Below are positions 47,601-54,659 of a stretch of 64,000 nucleotides of DNA, one piece after another. How positions within the stretch are numbered: position 1 is the first letter of the stretch; the number at the start of each line of letters is the position of its first letter. The notes under the pieces are model-generated. The model was not told the DNA's origin, searched no databases, and saw only the letters and a program-made list of their open reading frames with translations. Source of the DNA: a virus; IMG/VR virus record IMGVR_UViG_3300023210_000011, positions 32,001-96,000 of that record; one strand, 5' to 3'. A program made the translations under genes and the position numbers.

Positions 47601-48210
47601 TCCGGACGGTCTGGAGATCCCCGGCCTGGGCTCCGATGATCTCGAAAACGCCCAACGGACGTCCCCCCTGACGTGGACCACCGCGTTCTCGGGCATCTGG
47701 CCGAGCAGCCAGGGAGGCTTCGGAGATTGGCGGGATTCTGCGTCATCCTTCCGGAAGGGGTACCAGAAAGCCGTCGCATGGGAGGGCCATCTCGTACGCA
47801 GACGGGGACGCGACAGCGACTCCGCGGCCGCGGTCGTCTATGGGGACTCGTTCTTCTCCCAAGCAGAGAACGAGAGCACCTGGACCTGGGGTAATGTTGA
47901 GTGGCACACCTCCACGTCCCCAAAAAATGGGTTCAATCTCAGGCGGTCTGTGTACGATGCCCAGTCCTTTGTAGCGGCGGGCAGTAGCCCTGGGCCGTTC
48001 TACATTCTGCCGCCGCACACACACGGGGACGACGAGATCTTCACCGATCAGGCGAACACCCCCATAGCCTCGGTGGGGTTTACCGAGCTCGTGGAGTTCC
48101 CCTTCGAGAGCTCCTCCCGTGTGGACTCAGATCCCGCTACCCCCATGGTCAAGTTCCGCGGAGCGCGGCTCACCTGGGTGACTGATCGCCTCTCGGATGG
48201 CGGCTGGTAG
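41686..48210 (+). CDS. Giant tail fibre/virion protein (about 2170 aa)
   Basis: GTGA-coupled start 41686; G/S/T/D-rich beta protein; last gene of the structural operon. Confidence 0.7.
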   Translation: MSDYTRRPFLASQTDKVILSEPVIFGVVHVNVDGDYDDMPASGTLELAIETESTSSPTIETQQWDAAVDDVSLAGLVAAINDSGSPLYPFVEASAFEGVLRLASKQTGYLSAGNPAYLTIHPQTSGSGVTDLGPLVGFALSPHPTATVRAGDLATSSVRAMTQGNRPGSVFIARGEDRTGENFNRALHRLAMNLDNHEVKLVRDVAVPVALEIPEGSSRFRTDVATGQILGVELTIGFGDDLDSVLATGIYVGGPAHDASIDEISKFYSVLDPDWNEISVVSHDDPGPGDVKDTVVRVGTVAYVPSSPPGSYADSDFELDGSSRAALSNDPTFDSYRSAFQDSSNQPGKATSVITEIVDGATVVCATATFETDLVEAGDIAIISSSGVSSPINHDGEYIVDVVVSETELILRPVDEDSLHLLTDDGLGNIEIRPNGEFETSLYLGFEPPLPRVPSGGVKVILGMQDGFGDMPRDFLLVPAVNSADEVDGWVLKNLFRALNLQGIYDGQGQDKGSGFHADATHRPLTMHSIPEANSPSSVRTGASGTIQAGSNWFTIGTGDEFTLPDVGRSFTFTLSGTEHHDWRISRLIDARTVELVPPPHQIGTVLATGSVSAWEIFDTMLPDFQAAISSVTESARAGGFHHTKVNDGTSSGDLSFAHLEHITEFEAFGSSVGAVSLPTLTAALSGDELTFATVNVDDCPSIFPISAHASSRRNDNIRGGVSFAKLTSGTDVGLYLVYSTRISGSGSIVKLQNLDGTSPSFAAGSETVSFYTLRAGFGVPLFGGADDAGRAALSLFEDGVQKGGDSYALRAGWAGPGAGVLVTANDSSFEALLATATDKGAVGPTLKLVAYAPAYGADVEVRGDHSSSSAQGRGEYGIKIVVETYAHDMSQADSTWSDGLRGAGVQAVQEGLDPAGSFIRRAGGSGSVALLYPATLFVASLGEIDHVGAATGMTLVGDLYLPGHQSSGIYTGGSGTFNELRPGYTDLDVDPPTFWGDGAAWLGGPYLLADVGSVTVADPDYSRFNFDHDFVVDLTRADAPDLDARSPAEIVHMGIRLDLSGTPFGGTILGVWDNGSGVYRMAVRAQTGTSHTTGTHDMKAYGRRWFYSYIDIANYSEIGTGVIAPYQDPGSSQTSNTVSTSSIPAVMPDVDQGQDGAGGLRPLITYDFGDGSAGFDYGKLNISTPDSAGLGDLLSLFSFGQRSGENLADYATAVASNDARDEDAWRNLAGALTSAIDGHVSTARAEIGGPAPFVKGQVPSSRDLLRYEMFWDTDAALDPAISGSAHVEVIPNDGVRTFGGWSYSATPHFSGGGSKIVVSRDRADADAGYVYLYLKLARSIVEGNLAFRVLVDALQFSLVDKNMIVEIVEGTSGSTVLASKTISVPTGNNYDRFVIDFLEWTPEDELSRTDQDVFLRISAYLHGPAVVEAAGDTFMGDGSSNGAPPLWYFRGINVHPLEQGLFKGNLTLQGVLRAAGLRSHTPILGHQVVGPSSVQLLQNVGYGDRESDADTSSYARTTGDTPTMPTFASVTYSPLSDPGGIQEGSNVGTLPMFELSSPVRTIQGRDTQPHSKLAYSYSRSDYTDGGLGASAWGDTQPDLDYGSQNISVLAGVFNSEGSSHDYTFTAGTYVMHTFVGVPGIYDRTDIPGGEVGSHYLDGTLKIPNTARWGYAAFAQPQLMFTGDGGSPGTKGPADADVLHLSNHVGTVVRYYRPKFEFGSFFKVGSGSATVDAYHPYFDPFFYWAYCASGVADRLSDDEKEHLVETYGLHADFFTDVDPDGKLGSMVLKDLVAEADYRVNPDFWDMPGRTGFVIPLDPPHGALLSQLEVNLSFIAADGRSRNADGEYSASSSFSVWRSSPDKDAPASEWVDPTAWREREGVIVRLWRHNLFGEFGAQAPNTGASGVSSPSSGFAELLAETEVDLSSTTATAVSEHFELAVAELAANTARVVDRRRYSYHATVEFYVGCRREAPDGLEIPGLGSDDLENAQRTSPLTWTTAFSGIWPSSQGGFGDWRDSASSFRKGYQKAVAWEGHLVRRRGRDSDSAAAVVYGDSFFSQAENESTWTWGNVEWHTSTSPKNGFNLRRSVYDAQSFVAAGSSPGPFYILPPHTHGDDEIFTDQANTPIASVGFTELVEFPFESSSRVDSDPATPMVKFRGARLTWVTDRLSDGGW

Positions 48211-48218
48211 TGTGAGCT

Positions 48219-48254
48219 AAAGAAAGGCGGCCCTCCAACAGTGGAAGGGCCGCC
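48219..48254 (-). terminator. Intrinsic terminator of the minus-strand replication arm
   Basis: Minus strand GGCGGCCCTTCCA-CTGT-TGGAGGGCCGCC followed by TTTCTTT. Confidence 0.8.
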
Positions 48255-48269
48255 CAGAAGTATGAAACG

Positions 48270-48452
48270 CTACACGGTGAGGCTGAGAACCAGCGCGACA
48301 GCCTGTTCGAGGGAATCCCCCCGATACAGGAAGCCGGCGTCGTTCAGCAGGGCCTTCACCTCCCGAAGCCCCATGTCTGCGAGGTCTCCCTCAGAGAACA
48401 GGGTGACTCGGTTCAGCTGCGCCAGTCCACGTCGCTCAGGCTCGTGATCTCG
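48270..48452 (-). CDS. Start-less 60-codon frame: possible -1 extension of 48413-49330, or a small gene from ATG 48374
   Basis: Protein-like (LNRVTLFSEGDLADMGLREVKALLNDAGFLYRGDSLEQAVALVLSLTV). Entered by slippage at the in-register G GGA AAC (48458-48452). Confidence 0.4.
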   Translation of the reverse strand, partial: RDHEPERRGLAQLNRVTLFSEGDLADMGLREVKALLNDAGFLYRGDSLEQAVALVLSLTV

Positions 48453-49330
48453 TTTCCCGAGTCCACGTCCTGGTTGTACTGGTACGCCAGGTAGCCATCC
48501 AGGGTCTCCAGGTGCTCCAGGACACGGGTGAGGACGGTCTCGACTCCCTCGAGCCGGGACGCCTGCGCATCGACGTGCTTGTCGAGCATGGTGCCGATGG
48601 TGGTGACCATGCCCTCGAGCTTCTCGAGATCGGCCGAAGCTGCCGCGGGGGCGGCGGGGGCGGCGGCCGTCTTCTTGGCCTTCGCGGGAGCACGACGGGC
48701 CGGCGCCTTCTTCACGGGTGCCTTCTTGGCCGGGGCCTTCTTCTCGACCTCCTCCTCCTCTTCCTCGGAAGCCTCTTCCTCGACCTCCTCCTCGACCTCC
48801 TCCTTGGGAGCGGGCTTCTTCCGGGGGCGGCGCGGCTTCTTGGCCGGGGCCTTCTTGGGGGGCGCCTCTTCCTCGGCCTTCTCCTCGGCCTTCTCCTCAC
48901 CACCGCTACCCGCGGGGGCTCCGTTCTCCTTCAGGTCGGCGAGCAGCGTCTTGAGCTCCTCGACATCCAGGTCCCCGATGCTCTCGTAGGGCGCCGCGCC
49001 CTCATCGGTGGTGAACTTGGAGATCATCTCGGCCAGGTCAGCGGCGGGGATCTTGAAGGAGTTGCCGCCGCGGGGCGGGATCAGACCGAGGTGAATGGCG
49101 ATTCCGCGCAGGTACCGCTTCTGTCCAACAGGCATAGGTAGAGTCTCTCGTTTGGGGTTTTTCGTACAAACGGCGAAGGCGCCGAAGTCGAAGACGGCTC
49201 GAATTCGTGCGCGAGTCACCCCCTCATGGGATTCCTCGTGCAGGGAGCAACCTCCCCCGTCTTCGAGCATGACGGGGAAGACCTTCTTGCATTTCGCAAG
49301 CCGGGCGCAGCTAACACACGGCTCGAACAT
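48413..49330 (-). CDS. Low-complexity Lys/Ala/Pro and Glu-rich protein (histone H1-like tracts) with N-terminal Cys motif
   Basis: TGATG-coupled start MFEPCVSCARLAKC; KKAPAKK repeats, poly-Glu, C-terminal coiled coil. Possible second in-frame start at 49135. Confidence 0.75.
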   Translation of the reverse strand: MFEPCVSCARLAKCKKVFPVMLEDGGGCSLHEESHEGVTRARIRAVFDFGAFAVCTKNPKRETLPMPVGQKRYLRGIAIHLGLIPPRGGNSFKIPAADLAEMISKFTTDEGAAPYESIGDLDVEELKTLLADLKENGAPAGSGGEEKAEEKAEEEAPPKKAPAKKPRRPRKKPAPKEEVEEEVEEEASEEEEEEVEKKAPAKKAPVKKAPARRAPAKAKKTAAAPAAPAAASADLEKLEGMVTTIGTMLDKHVDAQASRLEGVETVLTRVLEHLETLDGYLAYQYNQDVDSGNEITSLSDVDWRS

Positions 49331-49623
49331 CACAGGATCTCGTTGCGGAACTTCGCCCAGCACCCGAGCACGATGGTGTCCGGACACCCGAAGGTGACGC
49401 AGGTACCGTCGCATGTGGGGAGCTGGGTTCGGATCCTGCGCCAGTTTCTCTTGATGTGGCGCTCCATCGTTTCTCGGTGCTCATCCAGGCGGCAGTTCTC
49501 CGGGACTTCGCCACCCTCGAGCGCATCCAGGACCGCAGCAGAGGAGCTGCCCCGAGACAGGTTCCCAAGGCCTTCTTCGCGCGCGATATCGATGAGTTCA
49601 CTCTTGTTGATCTCGTCACCCAT
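49330..49623 (-). CDS. Hypothetical protein with C-terminal Cys cluster
   Basis: TCDGTCVTFGCP...GCW; coupled. Confidence 0.75.
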   Translation of the reverse strand: MGDEINKSELIDIAREEGLGNLSRGSSSAAVLDALEGGEVPENCRLDEHRETMERHIKRNWRRIRTQLPTCDGTCVTFGCPDTIVLGCWAKFRNEIL

Positions 49624-50077
49624 CGGGGACTCCGAAGTCTTCTGGGTCAGAGGGCTCCAGGAGCAGGTGTACCCCTACTTTGTCTCCCATCTCTTTCCGC
49701 AGGTACAGCTCGAAGAAGAGGCAGTCGTCGATTGACCCTCCAAGGGCTTCGACGAGGCAGTCCTCGATCAACTTCCGCCTATTTCCTACGTCGAATTTCT
49801 TATAGCGGGTTTTTGCCTTTCCTTTAGCCCACCCCTTGTTGATGACCGTTTCGAAGGTGAATGAGAGCGAGAGCGTGTAGATGGACCGCGGAGTGTGCTT
49901 CGCTACGAAACGGTTGATCTCCGTGAAGTAGTTCTCTCTGAGGTACTGCGTGAACACGATCTTGAAGTCGCGCGCCTCCTTGGAGTAGACCTGACCTCCC
50001 TGCCGACGGTGAACCCGGATTCGGTTCTCCGACGGAGGGAGGTACGGCACCCACAGCTCAAGATCTGCGGTACCCAT
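49616..50077 (-). CDS. rusA: RusA-like Holliday junction resolvase
   Basis: VPYLPPSENR...YSKEARDFK...KFDVGNRRKLIEDCL...IDDCLF, with the D-x-D/G-N-x-x-K-x-x-x-D catalytic layout. Confidence 0.75.
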   Translation of the reverse strand: MGTADLELWVPYLPPSENRIRVHRRQGGQVYSKEARDFKIVFTQYLRENYFTEINRFVAKHTPRSIYTLSLSFTFETVINKGWAKGKAKTRYKKFDVGNRRKLIEDCLVEALGGSIDDCLFFELYLRKEMGDKVGVHLLLEPSDPEDFGVPDG

Positions 50078-50609
50078 CTACGTTCCTCCGGCGCTTCTTG
50101 CCGTCCACCTCCATGCGCTTCGTCTCGATGAGCCGGGAGATGACCGCCCGGTCGCGAGAGGCGGACTTGGTGAGGCCCTCCAGGAGCTCGAGGTAGGTCT
50201 TCGCCTCGACGTAGTTCACGTCCGCTTCGACGTAGCGAATGTCCGTGAGGCACTCATCATCCTTCGTCTGGGCGCTCCCCGCCTTCTGCTTCCGAACCAG
50301 GGACTTGGTCAGCTTCAGCTTCCGGTCGGCGTTGAGGACCTCCGCCCGCGCCACTGTGGCCAGGTTCTCCAGGAAATCCGCGTAGCCGCACATCAGCGCG
50401 AAGATGGTCCCCAGCTCCTTGGAGGTGAAGTCCGTGATGTTGGAGGGCAGGTGCCCGTCGAAGGGGTCTCCGTTCTTGTCGTAGGGCCGCTGGGGGGTGT
50501 TCAGCCCCTGCTCCTCCAGTCGCGCGAGGGCGCGCTCTGCGGCGGTGTTGTACATCTCCTCGCCCTCTTCGAGGCCGACGGTGAAGTCTGTTCCTTTGGT
50601 GCGGCTCAC
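50058..50609 (-). CDS. Helical protein, possible UvsY-like recombination mediator
   Basis: C-terminal LTDIRYVEADVNY...LLEGLTKSASRDRAVISRLIETKR resembles the T4 UvsY helix pattern; lies in the RecA cluster. Confidence 0.4.
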   Translation of the reverse strand: MSRTKGTDFTVGLEEGEEMYNTAAERALARLEEQGLNTPQRPYDKNGDPFDGHLPSNITDFTSKELGTIFALMCGYADFLENLATVARAEVLNADRKLKLTKSLVRKQKAGSAQTKDDECLTDIRYVEADVNYVEAKTYLELLEGLTKSASRDRAVISRLIETKRMEVDGKKRRRNVDGYRRS

Positions 50610-51415
50610 AGCTTGTGCTCACAGAAGTAGGCGTAGGGGCAGAAGTTGCACTGGTCCTTCGTGGCATCCGCGATGGGAGGCTTGCCCTCCTCGAGCGCAG
50701 CTTCCACGCGCGAACCCTTGTTCTTCCACCACCGTCGGTAGATCTTGGGGTCATACGGGACCACGAACTCCTTGACGGAGTGCGGCCACTTCTTCGCGAC
50801 GTAGAGGAACGAGATGAAGGGAGTGTCCAGCGCAGTCGCGTAGATGCCCACAGCCTGGATCAGGTGCTCCTTCTTCGGAGCCTGCAGGCGATCGAACTCC
50901 GCCCCCATGCTCTTGATCTCCAGCAGAACCCGAGTCTGCGGAAGGTCCACCACCCCGTCCGTCCGGCTGTTGCTCACGAACGCCTCTGGGAGATCCACCC
51001 GGACCTCATCCCGGAACTGGCCCGGGAGCGCCGTATGCAGTGCCTTCTGGACCACATCGTGGATGGCGTGGCCCATGGAGAAGGTGATCATCAGCTCGGG
51101 CTTGATCTTCTGCTTCGGGCGGAAGCTGCCATCTGCGTCGTAGTACAGCCGACGGATGCAGCCGTGGGCCGAGCTCGCGTGGATGGTCCCCACGCTCCGG
51201 TGGTACTTCTTGACCTTGCCGCCCCCATGACAGGTCCCGCACTCCAGGTCGGGCTCCTCTTCCTGCCACGCCTCGTACTCATCGAGAGTCAGCCCCTCTT
51301 CTGACCCATTTCGCTTCACTCCCGTGTAGTAGTACCCGCGGAGGTTGATCGTGCTTCGAATCTCCTCGACTTCTCGTGAGTCAGCCTTGAGCAGATCGTC
51401 AATCGTTCGGATCAT
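50606..51415 (-). CDS. PD-(D/E)XK exonuclease, Cas4/AddB-like
   Basis: HASSAHGCIRRLYY, GHAIHD, RTDGVV, LLEIKS, Q...Y, CNFCPYAYFC. Confidence 0.8.
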   Translation of the reverse strand: MIRTIDDLLKADSREVEEIRSTINLRGYYYTGVKRNGSEEGLTLDEYEAWQEEEPDLECGTCHGGGKVKKYHRSVGTIHASSAHGCIRRLYYDADGSFRPKQKIKPELMITFSMGHAIHDVVQKALHTALPGQFRDEVRVDLPEAFVSNSRTDGVVDLPQTRVLLEIKSMGAEFDRLQAPKKEHLIQAVGIYATALDTPFISFLYVAKKWPHSVKEFVVPYDPKIYRRWWKNKGSRVEAALEEGKPPIADATKDQCNFCPYAYFCEHKL

Positions 51416-51860
51416 TCTGGTAGGTCTCCAGTAGTTGAAGGAACCAGTCCTCGGGGACGACGTAGTACGCCTCCCCCGACTCCCGGTACTCGATGTAGAA
51501 CAGGGGAATCTGGTCCCCAGTGGCCTGTTCAGCCACCTTCAGGAGGTCCGCCACCTTCAAGGTGAATGACTTCTTATCCGTGTACTTGCACTCAACGCGG
51601 ACAGCGTCTGACCGCACGTCCCCTTTGTCGATGGGGGTCTGGCCGGAGGCGATCGTAGTGCGCCCGCCCACTTGCTTGGCGACGCGCTTCTCCTGCTTGT
51701 CCGACTGCTTCCGGTAGCTGCGGGCCCCAGAACGGAGCTTGTCCTTCTGGGGCGCCTCTCGCTTTGCCTTCCAGGTGCGCCCGCACTTCTGGCACTTCAG
51801 CTTGCCCAGTGCCCAGGGCCTCAAGAGGCCCCGGCACACAGCGCATAGATCCTCGCTCAC
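51399..51860 (-). CDS. Zn-ribbon + Hjc-like PD-(D/E)XK endonuclease
   Basis: CAVC...CQKC; QEKRVAK...ASG...KGDV...VECK. Confidence 0.75.
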   Translation of the reverse strand: MSEDLCAVCRGLLRPWALGKLKCQKCGRTWKAKREAPQKDKLRSGARSYRKQSDKQEKRVAKQVGGRTTIASGQTPIDKGDVRSDAVRVECKYTDKKSFTLKVADLLKVAEQATGDQIPLFYIEYRESGEAYYVVPEDWFLQLLETYQNDPND

Positions 51861-53023
51861 CCGTAGCTACAGCGAACGCCAGCTGCCGAGAGAGTCTTCT
51901 TCTCCAGGAGCTCCAGGAGCCCGTCCGTCTCTCGGACAAACTCAGCAGCAGCCCGTGCTCCCTGCCCGATCTGCTCACCTTCGTAGGAGTACCACGCGCC
52001 CTTCCGGGTCACGATCCCGTAGTCGCCCGCTACCGCGACAGAGTGTGCTTCTCTGTCGATGCCGCAGTGCTCGTACATGAAGTCGAAGGTCCCGCGAGCA
52101 CCCTCGTGCCCTCCCGCCTTCTGCTTGGTGATCTCCCAGCGGATGGTCTTGCCGGTCAACAGCTTGCCGTCCTTGATCTTGGCCTGGGGCGCCATCTCCA
52201 CCGTCACCCATCGGGCGTGCTTCAGTGCCCAGCCGCCGGCCTCCAGCGTCTTCGGGCTGTACTTGTTGGCCCGGTCGGTGTTGTCCCGAACCTGGTTGAT
52301 CCCGATGACGCAGGTGAGGTTGGGATTGCCGTCCTTGTCCGGAGACAGGGCCGTGTTGAGCTTGCGCGCGAACCTGGTGTTCAGCATCGCCGCTCCTCCC
52401 ACTCGAGGGGAGTCTCCCAGCTCTCCCACGTTGTCGTGCTCCGTCAGAAGAGACCCGAAAGAGTCGATGACGACGATGTCGAACTCACGACTGGCGATGA
52501 CATCGATCGCGATCTGCAGGGCCTCCTCCGCCGTAGACGGCGGGATGGTGGCAAACTCCCCGATCTGCTCGGTCAGCGCCCCCACGATCTCATCCGAGGG
52601 GTCCTCCAGGAGATCTTCACGGTACTCCGAGATGAAGTGAGCGACCTCGAGGTCCGAGAAGGAGACCTTCACGCCGCAGGCGTGGGCGAACTCCTTGTCG
52701 AAGACCATCTCGGTAGACACGACGGCCACCGAAGTCTTCTCCCCATGCTGCCGCTGGTGCTCTCGGATGACCTGGTTGGCCAGCCAGTTCTTCCCCACTC
52801 CCTGCTTGCCCGTGAAGAAGGACATCCCTCCAGCGGGGAGCCCTCCCCCAAGCGCGATGTCCAGATCCAGGACCCCTGTGGGCAGGCGCTTGACCTTCCA
52901 GGGCATCGTGTACTCCCCAGCCGTGAAGACCCGGCCGGGGTACTTGCTCTTCAGCTTGTTGATGACTGCAGAAGCCCGACTACCGGCTGCGGTGGCGGCG
53001 GGGGCCTTCTTCTTTCTTGGCAT
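51857..53023 (-). CDS. recA: RecA/UvsX recombinase
   Basis: LPTGVLDLDIALGGGLP, Walker A GKQGVGKN, VVIDSFGSL, GINQVR, GGWALKH, KGAWYSYEGEQIGQG. GGAG RBS before ATG 53023. Confidence 0.92.
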   Translation of the reverse strand: MPRKKKAPAATAAGSRASAVINKLKSKYPGRVFTAGEYTMPWKVKRLPTGVLDLDIALGGGLPAGGMSFFTGKQGVGKNWLANQVIREHQRQHGEKTSVAVVSTEMVFDKEFAHACGVKVSFSDLEVAHFISEYREDLLEDPSDEIVGALTEQIGEFATIPPSTAEEALQIAIDVIASREFDIVVIDSFGSLLTEHDNVGELGDSPRVGGAAMLNTRFARKLNTALSPDKDGNPNLTCVIGINQVRDNTDRANKYSPKTLEAGGWALKHARWVTVEMAPQAKIKDGKLLTGKTIRWEITKQKAGGHEGARGTFDFMYEHCGIDREAHSVAVAGDYGIVTRKGAWYSYEGEQIGQGARAAAEFVRETDGLLELLEKKTLSAAGVRCSYG

Positions 53024-53174
53024 GCTTCTCCCAAGGGCGTGTCCCACAGTTGGGACAGTGGGGGGTCATCCCCCCGTGGTTGACGTTTCGAGAACCGCAC
53101 TCAGGGCAGGGCGCAGCCCCATCCGTGGCGGTCTTCATGTGGTGGTTGTCCAGGACGACAGCGTATTTGTCCAT
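52980..53174 (-). CDS. Small double Zn-knuckle protein with MKTA motif
   Basis: MDKYAVV...MKTATD...CPECG...CPNCGTRPWE. Confidence 0.7.
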   Translation of the reverse strand: MDKYAVVLDNHHMKTATDGAAPCPECGSRNVNHGGMTPHCPNCGTRPWEKHAKKEEGPRRHRSR

Positions 53175-53452
53175 GAGTTCATCTCCAGGCGGAAGGCACG
53201 GATGGGCTTGATGCCCAGCATCAGCCTAACCACCGTCTTCCTCTCTCGGTTCTCCGCACCCGGAGGAGAGGTGAAGGAACTGTGTTGTCGGGCAGAGCAG
53301 GTGATCCGGAACAGGCCTCGAAAGACCACCTCCTGCTGCCGTACAAGATTCTCGGCCATGACCTCCTTGAGGGAGTTCATCATCAGCTGTACCGCTGGCA
53401 GGGGGATGCCAGTCCTCTTCATGATTTCCTCTTCCATTTCTCGCTGGGTCAC
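53135..53452 (-). CDS. hup: HU/IHF-like DNA-binding protein
   Basis: GTGA-coupled start MTQREMEEEIMKRTGIPLPAVQLMMNSLKEVMAENLVRQQEVVFRGLFRI...LGIKP follows the HU pattern. Confidence 0.75.
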   Translation of the reverse strand: MTQREMEEEIMKRTGIPLPAVQLMMNSLKEVMAENLVRQQEVVFRGLFRITCSARQHSSFTSPPGAENRERKTVVRLMLGIKPIRAFRLEMNSWTNTLSSWTTTT

Positions 53453-53652
53453 GGAGCCACCAGATCTTCCAGAAGGTGCGCGTGCTCCGAGCACGCTTCC
53501 CACGTCGTGCGGGAGTCCGTGAAGCCGCCGCGCCTCCAGCCGCTGCCGATGACATGCGGCCCCGGCTTGAGAGTCGCGGAGCACCAGTCGCACTTGATCT
53601 CGACGAGGACCGTCTCGCCCGTATCCTCTCGCCTGGCGTAGACGCGGCTCAC
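53449..53652 (-). CDS. Small Zn-binding protein (paralog A)
   Basis: MSRVYARREDTGETVLVEIKCDWC...ACSEH. Confidence 0.75.
   Translation of the reverse strand: MSRVYARREDTGETVLVEIKCDWCSATLKPGPHVIGSGWRRGGFTDSRTTWEACSEHAHLLEDLVAP
53573..53609. repeat. 37-nt perfect direct repeat, copy 1
   Basis: gtcgcggagcaccagtcgcacttgatctcgacgagga, identical at 54102-54138. Confidence 0.95.
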
Positions 53653-54029
53653 CCTTCTTCCGGGGCCGCTGCGTTGATCTCTTCGAATGTGCGTCGGTCT
53701 GACCGGCCCTCTCGCTGGCAGCGAGGAGGATCGCCCATGAAGCCGTCCATGCCGTCAGGATCGCGGCCCCCGCAGCGCATGGTTTCCCCGCAGACGCCGC
53801 AGTACTCCTGGCTCCCCCGCCCCCCGCACACAGGGCACGAGCGCGTCCGCTTCTTCGGGTCCCTGCCGGCGCCCTGACAACGGCTGCATCGGCCCTCGAT
53901 GACGTTGCCGGGGAGGGCCCAGGATGCATAGGCGGCCGGCAGTGCGGCCTCTTGGTGCTCCCGCACCGAAGAGCGGGGGTCCATGGAGGCGCGCGCTCCT
54001 GCCATGAAGGCTTCTTTCTCGGTACTCAT
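53649..54029 (-). CDS. Protein with DnaJ-like CxxCxGxG Zn finger
   Basis: CSRCQGAG...CPVCGGRG...CGVCG. Confidence 0.75.
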   Translation of the reverse strand: MSTEKEAFMAGARASMDPRSSVREHQEAALPAAYASWALPGNVIEGRCSRCQGAGRDPKKRTRSCPVCGGRGSQEYCGVCGETMRCGGRDPDGMDGFMGDPPRCQREGRSDRRTFEEINAAAPEEG

Positions 54030-54181
54030 CGCTCACCTGTGTCGTTGTGTGTGAAGAGCGCAGCGCGCTTCTCAATGGCCCAGTGGGTAGCCTCATCCTC
54101 GGTCGCGGAGCACCAGTCGCACTTGATCTCGACGAGGATGTCTTCGCCGGTGTCTTCCCGCCTGGCGTAGATGCGACTCAT
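54026..54181 (-). CDS. Small protein (paralog B, 51 aa), not in ORF track
   Basis: MSRIYARREDTGEDILVEIKCDWCSATEDEATHWAIEKRAALFTHNDTGER; ATGA-coupled at both ends. Confidence 0.7.
   Translation of the reverse strand: MSRIYARREDTGEDILVEIKCDWCSATEDEATHWAIEKRAALFTHNDTGER
54102..54138. repeat. 37-nt perfect direct repeat, copy 2
   Basis: Identical to 53573-53609. Confidence 0.95.
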
Positions 54182-54474
54182 TCCTCACCCTCATCGAGCT
54201 CGCGCACGGAAGAAAACCTCCCGACGAGCTCCCCTCCGGCCACCACATCAAAGGGCACATCGTCGTGCTGAAGTTGCGTGAAGATGGTCTCGATCGCGGG
54301 GTAGGGCTCGATGGTCTGCTGCGTGACCTCGTACACGCCCTCCCCTGGCCGATCTTTGCGGAACTTGATCCCGTAGTGGGCACCTCGCGAGTGGCCGCAG
54401 AGGATGCAGGGAGAGTCGGGCGGCCCCCCGATATCGAGGCAGAAGTTTCGACAGGGCTTCTCGTGCTTGCTCAC
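54178..54474 (-). CDS. Hypothetical protein
   Basis: GTGA-coupled start MSKHEKPC; CILCGHSRGAH motif. Confidence 0.7.
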   Translation of the reverse strand: MSKHEKPCRNFCLDIGGPPDSPCILCGHSRGAHYGIKFRKDRPGEGVYEVTQQTIEPYPAIETIFTQLQHDDVPFDVVAGGELVGRFSSVRELDEGEE

Positions 54475-54659
54475 TTTTTGGTCTCCGTGCGAGGTGGCTT
54501 GATCGGCAAGCACTTGGGAACGAAGCCGGGGGACAGATGTGTCCGGATGAGGTCCGAGAAGTGCCCGAACTTCTCAGCGTCTTCGACTTTCTTGCGATCT
54601 TCCACCGAGAGACTGTCCAGGAACTCTTGTCTGCGCTCTTCAGAATCTTTGTCGATCAT
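54471..54659 (-). CDS. Small hypothetical protein
   Basis: ATGA-coupled to the polymerase stop. Confidence 0.7.
   Translation of the reverse strand: MIDKDSEERRQEFLDSLSVEDRKKVEDAEKFGHFSDLIRTHLSPGFVPKCLPIKPPRTETKK

Noticed and set aside
12717-48210. Chromosomal contractile injection system (eCIS/tailocin) rather than a phage
   Set aside because: It is joined to a complete phage-type replication arm, has dense coupled genes, and shows no bacterial housekeeping context.
49780-49835. AT-rich patch with TATAAG inside rusA as an internal promoter
   Set aside because: Explained by Lys-rich coding (KGKAKTRYKK); no clear -35 element, so it cannot be supported without TSS data.
50606-51415. Cas4-like gene as evidence of a CRISPR system
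   Set aside because: No repeat-spacer array or other cas genes were seen; solo Cas4-like nucleases are common in phage recombination modules.
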